Program-made: the position numbers and the translations under genes
Assembly: GCA_051294375.1 (NCBI GenBank)
Contig: CM119267.1
Coordinates: 5,071,869 to 5,127,361 of the forward strand
Reading direction: 5' to 3'
DNA length: 55,493 nucleotides
Origin: Paraspadella gotoi
Taxonomy: Eukaryota; Animalia; Chaetognatha
Part shown: piece after piece, positions 51,830-55,493 of the stretch
Position numbering within the stretch: the stretch's first letter is position 1
Layout: every line of letters starts with the position of its first letter
The notes under the pieces: generated by a model
Databases searched by the model: none
The model's input: only the letters and a program-made list of their open reading frames with translations
Told to the model about the DNA's origin: nothing

Positions 51830-53181
51830 TTTTTTTTTCGTCGGTTCCAGTTAATATTTAGCAAACAGTAAATAAATAATTTTACTTTGTTGCTGTTTGT
51901 CGATTCCCAACCTGATTGACGAGCCTCTTGAATTCGACGTAAAGATAGTCGATGCCTCCGTAGAGATTCTCGTCGACCGTGATCTCCATCACGGGCTTCA
52001 AGTCTTCCATCGACGCCCGACGAATTGTGACCGACATTTAATCGTCGTCGTCTTTCTCTTTCTTATTCTTGTAAATGGTCAATGGTCATGTTTTAGTCAG
52101 GGGGGGGCGGCGAGAGAAATGGCGGGCCCCTCCACTGGCCCCCTGGCCGGGTCCCACTCTCTCCCCCCCGCTCTCTTTTAGTTTTGGATTACCGACTTTC
52201 TGCCTTGAGAATTTCTCCAATAATCAAACTTGAAAATTGCTCCAGTGCTCGAACTTCTCTTAATTGTGTCCCCCCCTCTCGCGCTGCCCCTGGTTTTAGG
52301 AACCAGCGTCACAAGGAATCAAGTCGTTTAGCTCAATTAGATTAATTTTTAAAGAGAAAACAAAGTTTATTTGTTTACAAACAACGGTTTTTTTATTTTA
52401 AAAAAAAAGGGACATGTTTCGACTCGAACTTTAATTTCGACTCTTTACTCGACAAATAAGAGTCGAAACATGTCCACGACGACGACGACGACTACGTTGC
52501 GGCTTCACTGTCTTTCGATAAAAGGGATCTTTGTGACACCTTTGTGACACCAGGATGTTTTTTTTTTGTGTTGATTAGATGACAAAAAATACTTTTTTTC
52601 GTTCGAACTGTGTATTATAACATCGCAGTTGTTCATTTTAAATTAAGTTTTTAAGAAAAAAAAGTTTTAAGTCCTAAACCTCTCCAGAATTATATTATAG
52701 GAACTCGCTAAAAATAATAAAAGTTTAGATTATAAACCGTGTTGCGAATCAATTAACGGGCAAATAGTGCATGAAACTTTTTTAGGTACAGAATAAAATC
52801 CGATTTTTCAAAAAAAAAATTTGCAAAGTTTATCTTCGTGCTCTTACTGAAATTATTTAAAAAAAAATAAACCTTAACGAGACAGTGAATCAAAAGGGAA
52901 GATTAAAATCGGGTTTTTCCTCTTCAAAAAGTCGCCAATCAAGATTTGTAACAAATCTGGGCAGTCACGTGATTAGTGCCCAGACTGAAACAAGAAAGAA
53001 AAAGGATGAGTCGAGGAATTCCAGAGGGTTGCCTTCTACAACGATTTCCACTGTGAATGTGAAATCGTTTTCCTTTATCGGAGCTCTATAATTTGATTGT
53101 TAAAAAAAATATATAAAGATAATTTAAAATAGAATATAATTTCCGTTATTCTATATCTATTTTCTATAAGAAGAATATAAT

Positions 53182-53242
<61 letters not shown>

Positions 53243-54450
53243 GATTCCTCCTTGGTGCCTCTGAACTCAGACACCCGAACTTTCAACTCTTCCCGTTCGT
53301 TTTTCATCTTCGCTTCATTTCTTCCTCACTTTCTTTATTTTCTTCTTTCCTTTTTTGCCATGATGATGTTTCTTTATTTTCTTCTTTCCTTTTTTTTCTC
53401 CTTTCTTTTCTTCTTTTCTTTTTCCTCAGTTTCTTTATTTTCTTCTTTCTTTTTTTCCCTTTCTTTTCCTTTACTTTCCCTCAGTTTCTTTATTTTCTTC
53501 TTTCCTTTTTTTTCTTCCCTTTGCTTTCCTTTACTTTTTCCTCAGTTTCTTTATTCTTCTTTCCTTTTTTTTCTCCTTTTCTTTTCCTTTACTCTTTCCT
53601 CAGTTTCTTTATTTTCTTTCTTCCTTTTTTTTCTCCTTTCTTTTCCTTTACTCTTTCCTCAGTTTCTTTTTTTCTTCTTTACTTTTTTTTCTCCTTTCTT
53701 TTCCTTTACTTTTCCTCAGTTTCTTTATTTTCTCTTTCCTTTTTTTTCTCCTTTCTTTTCTTTACTGTTTCCTCAGTTTCTTTATTTTTCTTCTTTCTTT
53801 TTTTTCTCCTTTCTTTTCCTTTACTTTTTCTCAGTTTTCTTATTTTCTTCTTTCCTTTTTTTCTCCTTTCTTTCCTTTANNNNNNNNNNNNNNNNNNNNN
53901 NNNNCTCCTTCTTTCCTTTACTTTTTTCTCCAGTTCTTTATTTGTACTTCTTTCCTTTTCTGTTTCTTTATTCTCCTTTCTTTTCCTTTTACTTTTCCTC
54001 AGTTTCTATTTTCTTCTTTCCTTTTTTTTCTCCTTTTCTTTTCCTTTACTCTTTCCTCAGTTTCTTATTTTCCTTCTTTCCTTTTTTTTCTCCTATTCTT
54101 TTCCTTACTCTTTCTCCAGTTTCTTATTTTCTTCTTTACTTTTTTTCTCCTTTCTTTTCCTTACTTTTCCTCGTTTCTTATTTCTCTTTCTTTTTTTTCT
54201 CCTTTCTTTCTTTACTTCCTAGTTTCTTTATTTTCTTTCTTTTTTTTTTTTCTCCTCTTTTCCTTTACTTTTTCCTCAGTTTTCTTATTTTCTTCTTTCC
54301 TTTTTCTCCTTTCTTTTACCTTTACTTTCCTCAGTTCTTTATTTCTCTTTCTTTTTTCCTCCCCTTTTAACTTTTTCCTCTCTTTTCTTCCGTGTTATTT
54401 TTCTATAATTTTCCCCTTTTTACATTTTTCACGCATTATCCTCTCTCTTT
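51830..54450. repeat. Partial unit, copy D (equivalent of ~24317-26483)
   Basis: Starts after a 25-N gap, contains another 25-N gap (53880-53904), and is the only copy running on into unique sequence (>54575). Confidence 0.93.
51912..52037 (-). CDS. NAT16-like: NAT16-like exon 1, intact version (copy D)
   Basis: 126 nt: MSVTIRRASMEDLKPVMEITVDENLYGGIDYLYVEFKRLVNQ followed by donor CAG|gttggg. Typical GNAT beta1/alpha1 start plus the YGGxDYL motif. Confidence 0.85.
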
Positions 54451-55109
54451 TCTTTTTCCTCAGTTTCTTTATTTTCTTCTTTCCTTTTTTTCCTCCTTCC
54501 TTTTACTTTTTCCTCTTTTTTCTTCCGTGTTGTTTTTTCTATAATTTTCCCCTTTTTACATTTTTCACGCATTCATAATCAATATTTCGGTAAACTTTTT
54601 GTTTTCCCTATTTTGTTGGTTATTTTTTTCTGATGCACCTGCCGATGCACCTGCTGATAAACACTCCGCATTTATTACTGTTTTTTATTCCTCTCTTGCT
54701 GTCTATTTCCGTTGTCTATTCTTTCATTTTCTACTCTATTTCGTCAATTCTGTAATTATCTGCCGCTGCGATGCCATTTAATCTGGTGTCTGTTCAAATT
54801 CTTCATGAATATTTTTTTTTATTTATTTCAATTTAAAAAAAAACAAAACTTATTTCATTAAAAGTTGTTTTCAATCAATTTCCTATTACAACTTTTTAAA
54901 TCTTAATCCAGAAACGTCCAGGTAAGGCCCATATTTCATTCGAGCTGAAACACAGAAGCCGTATCCGATATTTTTTAAAAATTCACAATAATGACAAATA
55001 CGAAGTTGTATGAAATATCGTTTGTATCTAATTGAAAGCGTCAACGCATCTCCTTGGTCGGCGATATTTTACAAAAGTTTCCCCATTTCAGCTTTAAATC
55101 CGAATTAAA

Positions 55110-55278
55110 AGTTGGGGTTTAGGATTAAGGGTTTGGTTAATGATTTGGTTAGAGATTTGGTTAACGATTATGGATTAAGGTTAGGGATTAAGGTTCGGGG
55201 TTAGGGGATAAGGTTAGGAATTCCGATTAGGTATTAGGATTAAGAATTTAGTAACAGATTTGGGTTAAGGGTTAAGTT
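55110..55278 (+). repeat. Degenerate TTAGGG/TTAAGG-like hexamer tract
   Basis: ggttagggattaaggttcggggttaggggataaggttagg...; few perfect units. Confidence 0.6.
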
Positions 55279-55349
55279 CTAGGAATTATAAACAAAAATG
55301 TTTGGAAAATAGTTTCGATATTGATATAAGAGCTTACCTTTTACCCTAT

Positions 55350-55402
55350 GATTGTATTGGTGTATTGTATTGTATTGTATTGTATTGTATTGTATTGTAT
55401 TG
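55350..55402. repeat. (ATTGT)n microsatellite
   Basis: About 10 pentamer units. Confidence 0.9.
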
Positions 55403-55493
55403 ATGCTGTCCTCCATTCTTCCCTCGTATTCATCGAGAAAATACTTAGTACAATAACTTTTATAGTGATGAAGAAAAAAGCGACGATTGATTA

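Noticed and set aside
53252-54370. 372-aa F/S/L-rich ORF (also 51186-51761, 53521-54222)
   Set aside because: Translation of a stop-poor polypyrimidine minisatellite, and it spans an N gap.

Overview
Eukaryotic (CpG-rich, invertebrate-like) draft-assembly window. It is AT-rich and dense in microsatellites ((GA)n, (ACG)n, (AAAAG)n, (TGAA)n), with 11 N-gaps, six of them exactly 25 N. The one gene I can identify is a minus-strand, 5-exon, ~342-aa GNAT acetyltransferase resembling NAT16/histidine N-acetyltransferase. The ORF track shows it only as fragments. It occurs as three full copies (22784-24518, 39760-41494, 47862-49580) plus a lone exon 1 (51912-52037), inside an ~8.5-kb unit that is repeated about 3.3 times. 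The repeats abut 25-N gaps, end at the same sequence, and copies A and B share identical frameshifting indels. Most of the apparent tandem array is therefore probably a long-read gap-filling artefact, possibly mixing two haplotypes, rather than a real amplification. Also present are a heavily decayed CR1/L2-like LINE (~30.0-32.9 kb, minus strand) inside a 6.5-kb segment flanked by ~360-bp direct repeats, several minisatellites (32, ~67 and ~55 bp), and a few unidentified candidate exons. No prokaryotic genes, CRISPR array, rRNA or tRNA were seen, and I found no convincing novel system.
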